From Octopus vulgaris (lineage: Eukaryota), in assembly GCA_951406725.2 (NCBI GenBank), contig OX597821.1, forward strand, positions 34,596,001 to 34,660,000: a stretch of DNA of 64,000 bases. Reading direction: 5' to 3'. Under the pieces are notes generated by a model, which was not told the origin of the DNA, did not search any database, and saw only the letters and a program-made list of their open reading frames with translations. The position numbers and the translations under genes are program-made. How positions within the stretch are numbered: the first letter of the stretch is position 1; each line of letters begins with the position of its first letter. Of this stretch, positions 1-12,672 are shown one piece after another.

Positions 1-40
1 GACAAGCAGACAGAGATCCACGTCTTTTATAATATAATTT

Positions 41-237
41 TACGTGCAGGTGGCACGTAAAAAGCACCCACTACACTCTCGGAGTGGTTGGCGTTAGGAA
101 GGGCATCCAGCTGTAGAAACTCTGCCAGATCAAGACTGGAGCCTGGTGCAGCCATCTGGTTTGCCAGCCCTCAGTCAAAATCGTCCAACCCATGCTAGCA
201 TGGAAAGCGGACGTTAAACGATGATGATGATGATGAT
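41..237 (+). mobile_element. Family C retroposon, 5'-truncated 3' end (probable RTE LINE 3' UTR)
   Basis: GTGGCACGTAAAAAGCACC...GGAAGGGCATCCAGC...CCATGCTAGCATGG then (GAT)n tail; near-identical to >10 other copies in the window. Confidence 0.85.
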
Positions 238-305
238 TTCCAAGCTGATGTTGATTTAAAGATTTGGATAAGTTCAAATGATTGTATAAGTAGCATCTTC
301 ATTAG

Positions 306-722
306 TCTTTTTGATACCAACCAACTTGAGACTGCATCAGCTTCTAATGTACAAACTGTCTGTTTTCAAGTGATCTTCCATCGAAATTTCATGTTAACTC
401 TTTAGCATTTAAACTGGCCATATCCGGTCAAAATATTCTACTTGCTTTATATTCAAACTGGCCAGATCTGACACCTCACACCCACTCTACAATGTCATTT
501 TGAACATAAACAATCACATCATTGAAATCTCAAGGTTAGAAGATGATGCAGGATAAATTCAAAACACAGTGAATATATAAGCATTACGTTTGACTGAATA
601 ATCGGAATACTAAAGGGTTAATTTTTGTTCCAAACACCAGCTTAAAAATACTAAATACTTTGTTATTTTCAAAATAAATTGATGCAAAGACATCATATCT
701 GAACAAAAATATAACAAAAGGG
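306..722. mobile_element. Degenerate piggyBac-type MITE family F, interrupted by a family E MITE
   Basis: Both halves align by eye to the clean copy at 22813-23032; ends AAAAGGG|TTAA. Confidence 0.65.
398..617. mobile_element. piggyBac-type MITE family E
   Basis: TTAA on both sides (394-397, 618-621); TIR-like ends CTCTTTAGCATT / AATACTAAAGGG; three further copies in the window. Confidence 0.85.
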
Positions 723-994
723 TTAATTTGTTTTGACTGAAGCTAAATTCTAAGACAGCTTTTTTTCCAACAATATATTTGAAACTACATTATCTAGTTT
801 ATACTTTGTCTTTTGAACTAATATAGTATAATTTTGAGAGACATTTGGTTGCCATGGCTTTCTAACAGGTCAAACAACCATGTCAATTCTCACTCTTTAA
901 TTAATTTCCAATGTGATTATTTGCCAATCAGCTACGGAACATATGTAGGAACAGAATAAACATTCCTCTGCCCAAATGTTGTCAATGCAAAAAA

Positions 995-1340
995 CATCAT
1001 CATCATCATCATCGTTTAGCATCCGCTTTCCATGCTAGCATGGGTTGGACGGTTCAACTGGGGTCTGGGAAGCCAGAAGGCTGCACCAGGCCCAGTCTGA
1101 TTTGGCGATGTTTCTACTGCTGGATGCCCTTCCTAATGCCAACAACTCCGAGAGTGTAGTGGGTGCTTTTTACGTGCCAGACAAGGCTGGCAAACGGCCA
1201 CGATCGGATGGTGCTTTTTACGTGCCAGACGAGGCTGGCAAACGGCCATGATCGGATGGTGCTTTTTACGTGCCACCAGCACAAAGGCCAGGTGCAGCTA
1301 ACAACGGCCACGGATGGTGCTTTTTACATGCCACTGGCAC
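995..1340 (-). mobile_element. Family C with internal ~48-bp tandem units
   Basis: (CAT)n tail at left; GGTGCTTTTTAC(G/A)TGCCA occurs four times. Confidence 0.85.
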
Positions 1341-1359
1341 ATTCACCACTTGTACTTTA

Positions 1360-1555
1360 TATGAGGTGGTATCAAAAAGTTCCCAAGCTAGTTACGTTTA
1401 ATAAATGAATTAACTTAGTAACCTAAGTTTTAACATCATCCCTTTCAAAATAGTCACCTTGCACAGCAATACACTGGCCCTAATGTTGCTGCCACTTTTG
1501 GAATCCAGCCTGGAAGTTGTTTTCCATAAGCAAGTTGAGGACCTTCTGCAATTCA
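1360..1555 (-). mobile_element. Mariner transposon 3' end remnant
   Basis: TA followed by TIR-like TGAGGTGGTATCAAAAAGTTCC; minus strand reads FQAGFQKWQQH*GQCIAVQGDYFE, matching the mariner transposase C-terminal W..C....GDYFE motif. Confidence 0.8.
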
Positions 1556-1672
1556 TACTACAGGCCTACAAGCTTATATACAGTTTGTGTACCAAATTTT
1601 CATGACAATGACTTGGTTAACATACGGCTATAACGGATAGTATTGTAACTGAAACCGAAACTATACCACATG

Positions 1673-1708
<36 letters not shown>

Positions 1709-2199
1709 GTCTACACATTTGTATACTCTCGTGTGTGTAACGTATGTTTTTGCATGTGTGCGTATGTCGTATATGTGAAAGTATTTCAATTTGCATGTGT
1801 GTGTGTGTGTGTGTGAGTGTATGTATGTATCTGTACCCATGCATTTGCACATTCCACGTGTATGTGTGTATTTTGTTCATGGTCTGAAATAAATTACAGC
1901 TTCTCTGTACAGTGTTTTTCAAAAAAATATATTTTACACTTCCAATTTTATTCCTAATACTAATTCCATGTCTTGTTTACTCTGCTTGTTGCTGTCCTCC
2001 CCCTCCTCCCCCTCCGCCTCCTCCTCCTCTCTATTGGTACCGGTCGGTTAGTTTTGCAACCTTATATATTTACATAGCAGATTTACTTGAAGTGTTGCTG
2101 GTTTGCTGTTTATTTCTTCCCCTCGAGCTGCTGCATGTTTTGTTTAATAACTGTTTCTTGCAGGAAATAGCCTGAAGATTTTTATAAAGGAGTTGGTCG

Positions 2200-2615
2200 G
2201 GGAGCACTTAGGGAACAGATATATTTATAATTTTTCCTGGAGGCATTACTCGAATGGATCGGAAGAAAAGTGTAATCAAATGATTTCCTAAAATTGATTT
2301 TTTGCAAATGTACAAGCAGTTCTCAGAATCATGGGAAAAAGAAAAGCATGAGAATTTGTGATGTTCATTACATTTTTCCCAGTATATATGGTGACCTAGT
2401 TTTCTCAGATTTATAACGTAAGGGAAATGAATTGGTGTAATGTTCATAGAATTCTCTGTAGTATTTGGTGACTTAATGAAGTTATATGGACGCATTTGGA
2501 CATGGAATGGAATTTAATCATAAAATCGGCACTGTGAGAGTTAGCTTCTTTATCTTATAGTTAACATTCTGTGGAAGATGGCTATTGTTTATTGACAAAA
2601 ACTTAGTTGGTCTGT
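2200..2615 (-). pseudogene. Possible decayed Penelope-like RT C-terminal fragment
   Basis: Minus-strand pieces IHFPYV...KSILGNHLI loosely resemble the Penelope RT/endonuclease linker; frameshifted. Confidence 0.3.
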
Positions 2616-2626
2616 CTTTGTAGATG

Positions 2627-3026
2627 TTTACTCTCTTACTTGTTTCAGTGATTTGACTGTGGCCATGCTGGAGCACCGCCTTTAGTCGATCAAGCAAATC
2701 GACCCCAGCACTTATTCTTTGTAAGCCTAGTACTTATTCTATCGGTCTCTTTTGCCGAACTGCTAAGTTACAGGAGACGTAAACACACCAGCATCGGTTG
2801 TCAAGCGATGTTGGGGGGACAAACACAGACACACAGACATACATATATATGTGTACGTGTATACGACGGGCTTCTTTCAGTTTCTGTCTACCAAATCCAC
2901 TCACAAGGCTTTGGTCAGCCCGAAGCTATAGTAGAAGATACTTGCCCTAGGTGCCACGCCGTGGGACTGAACCCATAACCATGTGGTTCATAAGCAAGCT
3001 ACTTACCACACAGCCACTCTTATGCC
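2627..3026 (-). mobile_element. SINE family A, full length
   Basis: tRNA-like head (A box TGGCTGTGTGG, B box GGTTCAGTCC), CORE-like GGGCAAGT segment, internal (TA/TG)n, tail GACTGAAACAAGTAA..GAG. Confidence 0.9.
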
Positions 3027-3879
3027 TATTTCAAATTATCCAAAAAATTTTCAACTGGACTGTATCTGTTCCTGCTTATAGACTTAATCTATTGCCTGAA
3101 CAGCAGTACTTCATCATTGATTTAAGCATAGAATTCACTGTTAAACATATTGAGGCTGGATTTCTTTATATGTGGGTAACTCGGCAACCCATGTGTTGGG
3201 GTTCTTTCTTCCTTCTGCTCTCACAAGTTTCAGAGATTCTGCAAAGATCATAGATGATGTCCTTTCTCCTTTAATTAAGCCATAAAAAAATGTAAATTAT
3301 TTAGATCTCAGATCCATCATCATTGTTTTTTATGCCTACTTTCCATGGGTCAGGTTGGTCATGGCAGTCCGAGATTTGGAATTATTGCTCTCTTACCTAG
3401 GTTAGCTCCTGCGTTTTGTTTTTGGTATAGTGTCTACAGGTGGATGCCCACCCTAACACCTACCACTTCACAGAGTGTACTGAGTGTCACAATGAAAATT
3501 ATTGCTTCTCACACACATACACACACACCTGATGGGTTTCTTTTCAGTTTATATTTATCAAATCCACCCGTAATAAGGCTTTGGTTAGACACTTGCCTAA
3601 AGTACCATGCAGTGGGACTGAACCTGAAATCACATAATTAAGAAACTAACATCTTAACCATACAACTGTGTCCATGCCTATACACTCATATATGTGTATG
3701 TACATATACAAGCTTCATGTTATACATGTTACATATATGTGTCTGTGTGTGCATGCGTTTGAACATCTGTGTTTGATTTATTTATTGTAATATTTCTTTA
3801 AGTCCTCTATTAGTTACTTTATTACATTAACTGTCCACTGAAAGATCAATGTTCTCTAGTCATTCAATGACTATTGGTA

Positions 3880-4210
3880 CTGACAACCCTCATTGTTGTA
3901 TCTACTTACACAGTGTTACTTGTAAACTCATCCCCTTCCCCCAACTATCTTCTCTTCTGATACTCTTCTCTGTTGTGGTCAAACCAAAATTCTGGCTGCT
4001 TTGTTGTCATCATTTCATTTTCCCCATTCTCGCTATATTTTCGTGGTATATCAGTTTCGATTTTTATTCGATGTCATGTGTTGCAAACTCCCAACAGGAC
4101 GGTCAGTGGCTCTCTGTGTTTATGAACAGCAGTAGCATCTCTAGCAGAATAAATATGTCAAGCAACTTTGTTTGAGGAAAATGGTTGTTTTTCTTGCCAA
4201 TGTTTACATT
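3880..4210 (-). pseudogene. Possible decayed R4/Dong-like (RLE) LINE fragment
   Basis: Minus strand gives broken WE..H.I..(W)YT...ENE pattern, like the HW...WY.H.P..V.ENE region upstream of the RLE endonuclease. Confidence 0.3.
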
Positions 4211-4272
4211 GTTTTGTCAGTATGAATTGCTAAAAGATGCTTCTCCCAAATATATATATATATATATATATA

Positions 4273-4671
4273 GGTGTAGGAGTAGCTGTGTGGTAAGTAG
4301 CTTGCTTACCAACCACATGGTTCCGGGTTCAGTCCCACTGCGTGGCATCTTGTGCAAGTGTCTTCTACTATAGCCTCGGACCGACCAAAGCCTTGTGAGT
4401 GGATTTGGTAGACGGAAACTGAAAGAAGCCCATCGTATATATGTATATATATATATGTATGTGTGTGTATATGTTTGTGTGTCTGTGTTTGTCCCCCCAA
4501 CATCACTTGACAACCAATGCTGGTGTGTTTACGTCCCTGTAACTTGGAGGTTCGGCAAAAGAGACCGATTGAATAAGTACTAGGCTTACAAAGAATAAGT
4601 CCTGGGGTCGATTTGCTCAACTAAAATGGTGGTGCTCCAGCATGGCCACAGTCAAATGACTGAAACAAGAG
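4273..4671 (+). mobile_element. SINE family A, full length, in a (TA)n tract
   Basis: Family A consensus; (TA)n on both sides. Confidence 0.9.
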
Positions 4672-4703
<32 letters not shown>

Positions 4704-4768
4704 CAAGTTTGTATGATTGCCTATAGAAGAATATATTAATCAATGAAATTCCAACTTCGTCTGATTTT

Positions 4769-5062
4769 CATCATCATTGTTTAACGTCCCATTTCCATGC
4801 TAGCATGGGTTGGGTGATTTGACTGAGGTCTGACGAACCAGATGGCTGCATCAGGCTCCAATCTGATCTGGCAGAGTTTCTACAACTGAATGCCCTTCCT
4901 AACACCAACCACTCTAAGAGTGTAGTGGGTGCTTTTACATGCCACCGGCACAGGAGGGCCAGTCAGGCGGTACTGGCAATGGTCACACTCAAATGGTGTT
5001 TTTTACGTGCCACCTGCATAGGAGCCAGTCCAGTGGCACTGGCAATGACCTCGCTTGAATTT
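4769..5062 (-). mobile_element. Family C
   Basis: (CAT)n tail, CCATGCTAGCATGG palindrome, two tandem units. Confidence 0.85.
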
Positions 5063-5387
5063 ATTATTCACAAGTTTTACAGTTTTACAGTATTGAAGTA
5101 AACTAGTACTTTCATGTGTTTCACAATCATCAGGTTTATGCAGTGACAGTCATATTCCAAAACTGACAACTGTGGTGAAATGTTTAGTTATATACTTTAA
5201 ATACTCTCTGATGGGCTCCAGCAGGCTGAACCTTACAGACTGTATTTTGACCAACCAGCATGTGGCTTAGACATCATGGTTTTGTGGGCATGTCAAGGAT
5301 TTTTTACATTGACTGCACCTAAAGGTATTTATATTTGGCAATGTTGAAAAAAAACATTCCTGTTTTTACACACGCACACATACATAT

Positions 5388-5695
5388 GAAAACACATGGC
5401 ACAGTAGCTAGGGTGCTGCATGCACAATCACCAGATCGTGGGTTCAATTCCTGATTGAGTGACACATTGTGTTCCTGAGCAAAACCCTTCATTTCATGTT
5501 GCTCCACTCCACTCAGCTATAAGTGGGTGACCCTGAGACAGAATACCCTTCCAATTGGTGGTGGGGGTGGGCGGATGTTGACCACCTGCTCGTCTGGCCA
5601 GCAGGGTGGCATTATTTGAAAGCCAAAACTATGCAAAGCACATTGTGACCAGCAATATATAACAACGTCCAATAGTCTGGTCGATCACAAGATAT
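5388..5695 (+). mobile_element. SINE family L (tRNA head + CORE-like segment) carrying tail type 3
   Basis: B box GGTTCAATTCC; TTGTGTTCCTGAGCAAAAC; tail matches that of the J copy at 42406-42708. Confidence 0.7.
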
Positions 5696-6005
5696 TGTTG
5701 TCGGCATCCGTTCGTCTCGAGAGACGATGGTGTAGCTCGGAAAAGGTGGTGGGTTTATCTGCACTTCCTGGTGTGGCTGTGCAGGCCAATCATCGAGTGG
5801 CAGTCTCTACCGCATCTGGTGCAAGTGAAAGGGGATGAGAGCTGTGGTTGCTGCTGGTTCTCTTTAGTTTGGCAGTAGTGGTCCTCAGGTTCTCTGCTGT
5901 CGCGGCACCATGCTTGACACTGTGTTGCCAGGCGCCTCTGTCGGCAGCGGCGGATTCCCATTTTTGGGTGTTGATCTGGCATAGCTTTAGGTCCCTCTTG
6001 GTCCC
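5696..6005 (-). mobile_element. 5'-truncated RTE-clade LINE (ORF2 C-terminus with C2H2 zinc finger)
   Basis: Minus strand KRDLKLCQINTQKWESAAADRGAW... and, after a frameshift, FTCTRCGRDCHSMIGLHSHTRKC*; 20-bp TSD TCTGGTC(G/A)ATCACAAGATAT at 5676-5695 and 6006-6025. Confidence 0.9.
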
Positions 6006-6382
6006 TCTGGTCAATCACAAGATATAGTTATATACAAACATTAGGTTAGTTAAAAATATGTTTGTGATATATTTTAACTTCTGCAGTTATAGTGGAGAAA
6101 AAAATTCTCTCTTATGGTAAAAGGTGTAAAAACACCATATATATATCGTAGGCTTCTGCATAGTTTCTATTTATCTGTTGCCAGTCAGAAGGCAGAGATC
6201 AACCTAATAATATGGCAGAAGACCTAGAACCACATAATTTCTGCAGTGAAGTTCTCAACCAGGCAGTCGTTCCTGCATCATAGAAGCTTATATTTAACTT
6301 TTCCTTTTTTTATTTACATCCATTTATCAGAATCTTTCTTTGTTATTGTTTGTTAAAGCTAATGATGGGACATGATGTAGAC

Positions 6383-6413
<31 letters not shown>

Positions 6414-6906
6414 GTAACACCTCCAACAACAATAATAGTAATGATAATAATATTGGTGGTAGTGATGGTGGTGATGGTGGTGGTGTGTAGCTTCAGGTCA
6501 GCTCTATGTCATGTGGACAGTTGGTTGAACAGATATGTTGTTCCAGAAATGCAGAGCTTCTACCTTGTCCGATAACCATGCAGCACTTTGTGATAAGCAA
6601 TAATGGATCTATTTCTGAATGCCTGTAGAGTCTGGTGGTGGCCACATCAGAGGTAGGATCAAGGCTGATTTGATCAGAGTGTGACTGTTTAATGTTCCCC
6701 TGCATTTAACATTGGTGGTATTGTCATTGTTGAAACAAGACACTTGAAACTTCATAAGGAAAGAGAACTGAGGTTTGACGTCGTTGCCATAACTCTCAAG
6801 TGCACTGCTAGCAACATGCAGTTAAATAAAATTATGACTAACAATGAAGTATGAAATAAGTACCAGATAACGTACAGGAGTTGATAGATCACACTAACAC
6901 ATGTTA

Positions 6907-7321
6907 GGCGCAGGAGTGGCTGTTTGGTAAGTAGCTTGCTAACCAACCACATGGTTCCGGGTTCAGTCCCACTGCGTGGCATCTTGGGCAAGTGTCTTCT
7001 GCTATAGCCCTGGGCCGACCAATGCCTTGTGAGTGGATTTGGTATACGGAAACTGAAAGAAGCCTGTCGTATATATGTATATATATATAAGTGTGTGTGT
7101 ATATGTTTGTGTGTCTGTGTTTGTTCCCCTAGCATTGCTTGACAACCGATGCTGGTGTGTTTACGTCCCGTCACTTAGCGGTTCGGCAAAAAGAGACCGA
7201 TAGAATAAGTACTGGGCTTACAAAGAATAAGTCCCGGGGTCGATTTGCTCGACTAAAGGCGGTGCTCCAGCACGGCCGCAGTCAAATGACTGAAACAAGT
7301 AAAAAGAGTAAAAAAAAAGAG
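6907..7321 (+). mobile_element. SINE family A, full length
   Basis: Starts GGCGCAGGAGTGGCTG; consensus body; A-rich tail. Confidence 0.92.
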
Positions 7322-7445
7322 TATGTCATGGAGGTATCCTAGCATAATTACTATACTATGACCGGAAAGAGTAAATGCATGAAAATACGCTCAGCCTTGT
7401 TTTAGAATAATTTTAAGATACAAAACTATCGTTGTCCCCAGAATC

Positions 7446-7630
7446 ACCATCATCATCATCATTTAACGTCTGTTGTCCATGCTGGCATGGGTTGGATGGT
7501 TTGACCAGGGCTACTAAGCCGAGTGGCTGCACCAGGCTCCAGTCTGATTTAGCATGCTTTCTACAGCTGGATACCTTTCCTAACGCCAAAGATGCCCTTC
7601 CTAATGGCAAGGATTCCCTTCCTAACACCA
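7446..7630 (-). mobile_element. Family C, truncated, with a triplicated 21-bp junction
   Basis: (CAT)n tail; GATNCC(C/T)TTCCTAA occurs three times. Confidence 0.8.
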
Positions 7631-7804
7631 AAAACTTATGAACTTTATCATGAACTTTATTATGAACTTTATAGGTTTATCATAAACCTATAAGTATATT
7701 TTCATACTAAAACAAGACCTTTTATCTCACACACTCACATCTTTTATTTGGTTTGTTCTGTATTTTAGCCCATCCATCAATTGTTGTCACTTTTCCTCCT
7801 TTTT

Positions 7805-8340
7805 TTATTATTTCCATATGGTTTACGTGTTGGATAAGTCCTCTCCAACACTGCATCTTTTGATTTGTTGCTATCTTTTGACATTTTGCAACCTTTTGTC
7901 ATCTCCTTTGATGTCCCGTGGTCAGCTTTCAATACTCTTCCCATCACTTTCTTGGTCTTCCTGTTCTGCAGATTCCTCTCACTTGACTGGCACTTCTGTT
8001 ACCCAACTGTCATCCTCAATACATGTCACATCTCTGAACCATCCCCCTCTTGCATACTACATTTGATTCCTCTCATATCCAGTTTTTCTCTCGGCTCATT
8101 TTTCTGTCATTCTTTTACATCAGCATTACACATACAATGGAGGATGCTTGTCTCATTCTGTCCAACCTTTGTACGCCCTCTACATTCTTTACCAATGCTC
8201 CACTATAATATAACATTGTATTTCATACAGAACCACTCGACATTTTACCATTCACTCTGAAAGAGAATATCCTTTGCAGCCTGCAAAAATAATAGTTCCC
8301 TGAACATTTTCCATCCAATCCTTACACTGGTTTCTGTTTT
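7805..8340 (-). pseudogene. Decayed RTE LINE ORF2 C-terminal region
   Basis: Minus strand fragments VRIGWKMFRELL, NETSILH.MCN, REKLDMRGIKCSMQE, EDDSWV, GRPRK, KEMTK, AVLERTYPT; typical RTE post-RT motifs with frameshifts. Confidence 0.75.
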
Positions 8341-8975
8341 CAGAGCACTCTCGGCCACAGCTGATTAGGTCACTTTAGAAACAAGCTATCAGTTACAATT
8401 GCAAAGTCCTCCAACTATTTGGAAAATTATTATTTCACAAGTTCTCTTACTGCTAACTACTCTGGCACATCTGCATATGAAGCTCTTCTTTTGTGCCAGC
8501 CCGAAAATTTTGTGTACCCATAGAAAATCTCTCTCTCTCTTTCTCTCTCTCCCTGTCACTCACTCACACACAATCACACACACAAACACACATTAGTCAG
8601 ATATCATTTCTTCCTGAAATTGGAATATGAAGTATGTACTCTCGACAAGCGCACATTGTTGGGATATTTCCTGGCAATATGTAAGTTTATCTTTTGCAGG
8701 ACGTGTCTGATGGCTCAGTCGGATCCTGAACATCCTTTCTGGTATATTAAAAGAATAATGCAGCAATGGTCAATGTAAACAGAATTTACAAAATGCATGT
8801 AAAAAGATTAATGGAGAAACACAAAGATCAGGGCTTCTCGGAGGTGCAAATGGCAGGATATGACATTTGATGCTGCTCATATTGCCGAGACATATAAGGA
8901 GAAAATACTGTGTTCTGATTTAGTAAATAGTTATATTTCATTTTCTTTTTGTTTTGCTTTTTTTTTACCAAATAA

Positions 8976-9029
<54 letters not shown>

Positions 9030-9214
9030 TCTTCACTTCAGATTCATTAGTGTTCTTATCTTGTGTCCTTTGTCTGAAAATCTTTCATTACATGTCCTGT
9101 GACCTCTTCAGTGACTCTCCATCCCATGTGTCTCTTCCTGTTCTATTTAGTCCATCTGATTCTTGAGTTGACTGCACCATGGAAAAATGATGCAGTGTGG
9201 ATCCAAGAATGGAA

Positions 9215-9800
9215 GTACTTAAAGAATATGTACTTTAGTCATGTGAGATATGAGGTAGCCATAGAGATTAGATGTTGAAGATATGTTCTGTATCCATAAC
9301 ATTTTACCTGAGGTTGAAGTCAAGATAGTGATATCTTTTTCCCCCTCATTAGTGAAGCATAACATCCATACCCAGAGTCTCAGAGACTGTGAGGAAATTT
9401 CCTCAATGCATACAATAGAGTGACTTCCATTAAAGTTAGCCATGGGTGGTGAATCCCAATAAAGTTACTCTGAGTGGTAGATTAAGTCTGCTGTTGAACT
9501 GTAGAAGCAAACAAACAACAGATATGGCTTGGGCATGTGAAAGAAGCACCAAAACTGAGATGGTAGTTCCAAACTGGAATCCTAAAACATGAAGTCTGCA
9601 GTTTGCCCTTATTAATGTTTGTGTATTTTGTTTTATCTCAACATCTTACACATTATTAGCTATAGCAACTAGATCTGATGACTAGATTATTCTTACATCT
9701 AAATGCTTTCCCTGCAGGGCTTAGTTAGATCTTGCTGGAGTGGTGTATTTGAATCTTCTTGTCTGAAGCCTCGAGTCTAAAACACAGAGATCTTAATATT
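9215..9800 (-). pseudogene. Possible decayed APE-endonuclease LINE fragment
   Basis: ANFNGSH (like GDFN.H) and DITILTS (like LDL.LT) in ORF 9219-9443; weak. Confidence 0.35.
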
Positions 9801-10384
9801 CTTTCTGATTTGAGTCTTATCATAAGCACTTCTGATACTGCTGTGATTTTAATTCTTTACTATTGACAAGACAGTAAATAAATTCTTCTATTAGCACTGG
9901 TGGAATGTCAGCTATGAAAGAATCACCAATTTTGTTTAGTTCTGTTCCTCAATATTTAGTTCAGTTCCTACTTCAGAATTAAGTACCTATGAAATACTAG
10001 AGTAGCTTTAGCTGTCTATATGCTAACCCTACAAACCTTTTGGCCACATGCCAAAATTAAAATCAATATAATTTTATATTTTCAGTAATCAATTATTTAA
10101 ATTAAACAACACATCTGACACAACCACATAACTAAATGTCTTCACACACCTACATATAGCAACACCCACACATACACACAACACAGTATAACATAAAATT
10201 CATAAGTACAAACGTACGACCACTTAGCTTCCAAATCCGTGCTCTTACTATAATGTGAACAGCAATATATTACAAATGAGGGAGCCACCTACATGATTAT
10301 TTGAACTGCTAAAAATAAGTGCCAAGTTTCACCCTCACCACACCTTAGTATCTGAAAATTGGTGGGAGGCATTGGACAATATAT

Positions 10385-10615
10385 GTTTCTTTATTACCCA
10401 CAAGGGGCTAAACATAGAGGGGACAAACAAGACAGACTAATGGATTAAGATGATTACATCGACCCCAGTGCTTAACTGGTACTTAATTTATCGACCCCGA
10501 AAGGATGAAAGGCAAAGTCGACCTCGGCAGAATTTGAACTCAGAACGTAGCGGCAGGCGAAATACGGCTACGCATTTCACCCGGCGTGCTAACGGTTCTG
10601 CCAGCTCGCCGCCTT
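10385..10615 (-). mobile_element. SINE family B, full length
   Basis: Head AAGGCGGCGAGCTGGCAGAA, B box GAGTTCAAATTC, central GACTTTGCCTTTCATCCTTTCGGGGTCGATAAA; 12-bp TSD TTGGACAATATA. Confidence 0.92.
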
Positions 10616-10729
10616 TTGGACAATATAGTTTTGGCTACAGTGTTGGTACATAGGATGGCTTACCTTTGATCATAGATCTGTTTGATCCATAATGACCTGT
10701 TGCTAAATAACACCACCAGTACTGGAAGC

Positions 10730-11147
10730 GGATCTTTTCGGTTTGAACGGCAGTTTTTAACATAATTTCTAGGTAACTAAAAAATTTTAAACCTCGTATA
10801 CTGGTAGAATGTGTTTATAAAACATCTTTTTCTCTTGCCTTTATTGAGAAAATTCTATAGTTTGTAAGATATTTGTTGTTTTTTTTTCTTCAATTTCTGC
10901 AATTTCAATCAATCAATGATGTCCACTGAGGTAAAAAAAGATTCTGTGCCGTATGAATATGTCCCTCGTTTAAGAAACAGATTGGGTTTATTTACATTTG
11001 CGAAGAAAAAAGATACCCTTCCCTCCACCCCTAACCCTAACCCTAAAAGAGATTGAAATGCAATAGATCGATACTAAGGTCATAATTATGGGTAACAATT
11101 TCATATGACACCACTAGAAAAAACTGCTGTTCAAACCGAAAAGATCC
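10730..11147. mobile_element. MITE family I (~29-bp TIR, 8-bp TSD)
   Basis: TIR GGATCTTTTCGGTTTGAAC(G/A)GCAGTTTTT; TSD CTGGAAGC/CAGGAAGC; second copy at 24875-25274. Confidence 0.92.
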
Positions 11148-11162
11148 CAGGAAGCTTTTGAA

Positions 11163-11420
11163 GATGCATGGCTCAGTGGTTAGAGTATCAGGCTCATGAT
11201 CATGAGGTAATGAGTTCAATTTCCAGACCAAGCTGTGTGTTGTATTCTTGAGCAAGACACTTTATTTCACATTGCTCCAGTTCACTCAGCTGTGGAAGTG
11301 CGTTGTGATGTCCCTGGTGCCAAGCTGTTTCAGCCTTTGACTTTCACTTGAGTAACATCAGTAGCATGGACAGACTTGAAGGGGAAATTTCTGGGTGCAA
11401 TCCCATGGTCATTCATTATT
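11163..11420 (+). mobile_element. SINE family L
   Basis: A box TGGCTCAGTGG, B box GAGTTCAATT, CORE-like CTTGAGCAAGACACTT; inverted copy at 19895-20203. Confidence 0.75.
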
Positions 11421-11461
11421 TCATGAGATTTACAATGTAAACACTTCTTTCATAGTTTGTA

Positions 11462-11679
11462 TTTACTCTTTTACTTGTTTCAGTCATTTGACTGCGGCCA
11501 TGCTGGAGCACCGCCTTTAATCGAGCAACTCAACCCCAGGACTTATTCTTTTGTAAGCCCAGTACTTATTCTATCGGTCTCTTTTGCCGAACCGCTAAGT
11601 AACGGGGACATAAACACACCAGCATCAGTTGTCAATCAATGCTAGGAGGACAAACACAGACACACGAACACACACACAT

Positions 11680-11731
<52 letters not shown>

Positions 11732-11892
11732 GACGGGCTTCTTTCAGTTTCCGTCTACCAAATCTACTCACAAGGCTTTGGTCGGGCCGAGGCTATAGTA
11801 GAAGACACTTGCCCAAGGTGCCACGCAGTGGAACTGAACCCGGAACCATGTGGTTGGTAAACAAGCTACTACCACACAGCCACTCCTGCGCC
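11462..11892 (-). mobile_element. SINE family A, full length
   Basis: Family A consensus with an expanded internal (TA)n. Confidence 0.92.
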
Positions 11893-12479
11893 TTTGTTTA
11901 ATTTGTATTGAATTTTTGGGACAATAATGTCATTGGTTACAGATTCCAAGTTGGCCAGTCACTCTCTCACTGCATTTTTAAAGGCAAGAGCGATAAGGAA
12001 GTATTTGTGCAACTTGGGTGGAACAACTCCCACTCAAGGTATTGCCATTAAAAGTCATTGGTTTATCAGTTTTCTTACTGATCTTCCTGTTTTTTACTGA
12101 TATACCTCAATAAAAGATATACGCATACATCCATACATATTCGCATGCATGTGCACATACAGTGGGTTTGATAGGGTATTTATCAGCCAAATTCTATACA
12201 TAAAACATTTTTCAACCTAAAGCTATTGGGAAAAAACAGCTGCTCTAAATACTGTATAATAATGAGATGGAGATAAGAATTTTCAAGTTTGAAGTAGATC
12301 TCAGCTCTCTACGTTTTCATGCTAACCAATGAACCAACCTTGTATCGAAGCTAATTAAGGAGAGTTTCGTTCTGTTATATCTCTGAGGAATAGAATGTGC
12401 TTGTGATTAGTGTGCATGTGCAAAAAGTGATGGAAATGTGAGCAAAGATAAACATCAGACAAAGAGGGAGAAATGTGTG

Positions 12480-12510
<31 letters not shown>

Positions 12511-12574
12511 GTGGGAGAGAAATGAAAGATGTTGTGGATATGGAGAAGAACCAGGAGAGAAGGATGGGCCTGGA

Positions 12575-12672
12575 AGAGCCTGAGAAGGTGTAGTGAAGGA
12601 ACTAATAAGAATGAAGACTATTACACATATATAAGAACAAATGTACGAAACTCTTGGCCTTTGAGTCACTCT
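12575..12672 (+). ncRNA. Degenerate type I hammerhead-like motif
   Basis: AGAGC-CTGAGAA (core altered)...GTAC-GAA-ACTC/GAGT-C-ACTCT; intact stem III and GUC site. Confidence 0.45.

Noticed and set aside
1155-1340. CRISPR array (repeat GGTGCTTTTTACGTGCCA with ~30-bp spacers)
   Set aside because: The spacers are homologous to each other, the array is part of a dispersed retroposon, and there are no cas genes in this eukaryotic context
8690-8780. Exon after the CTTTTGCAG acceptor
   Set aside because: All frames stop within ~26 codons, there is no good donor, and the downstream sequence looks like a decayed repeat
11029-11046. Telomere or fusion site
   Set aside because: Only three hexamers, internal to a MITE
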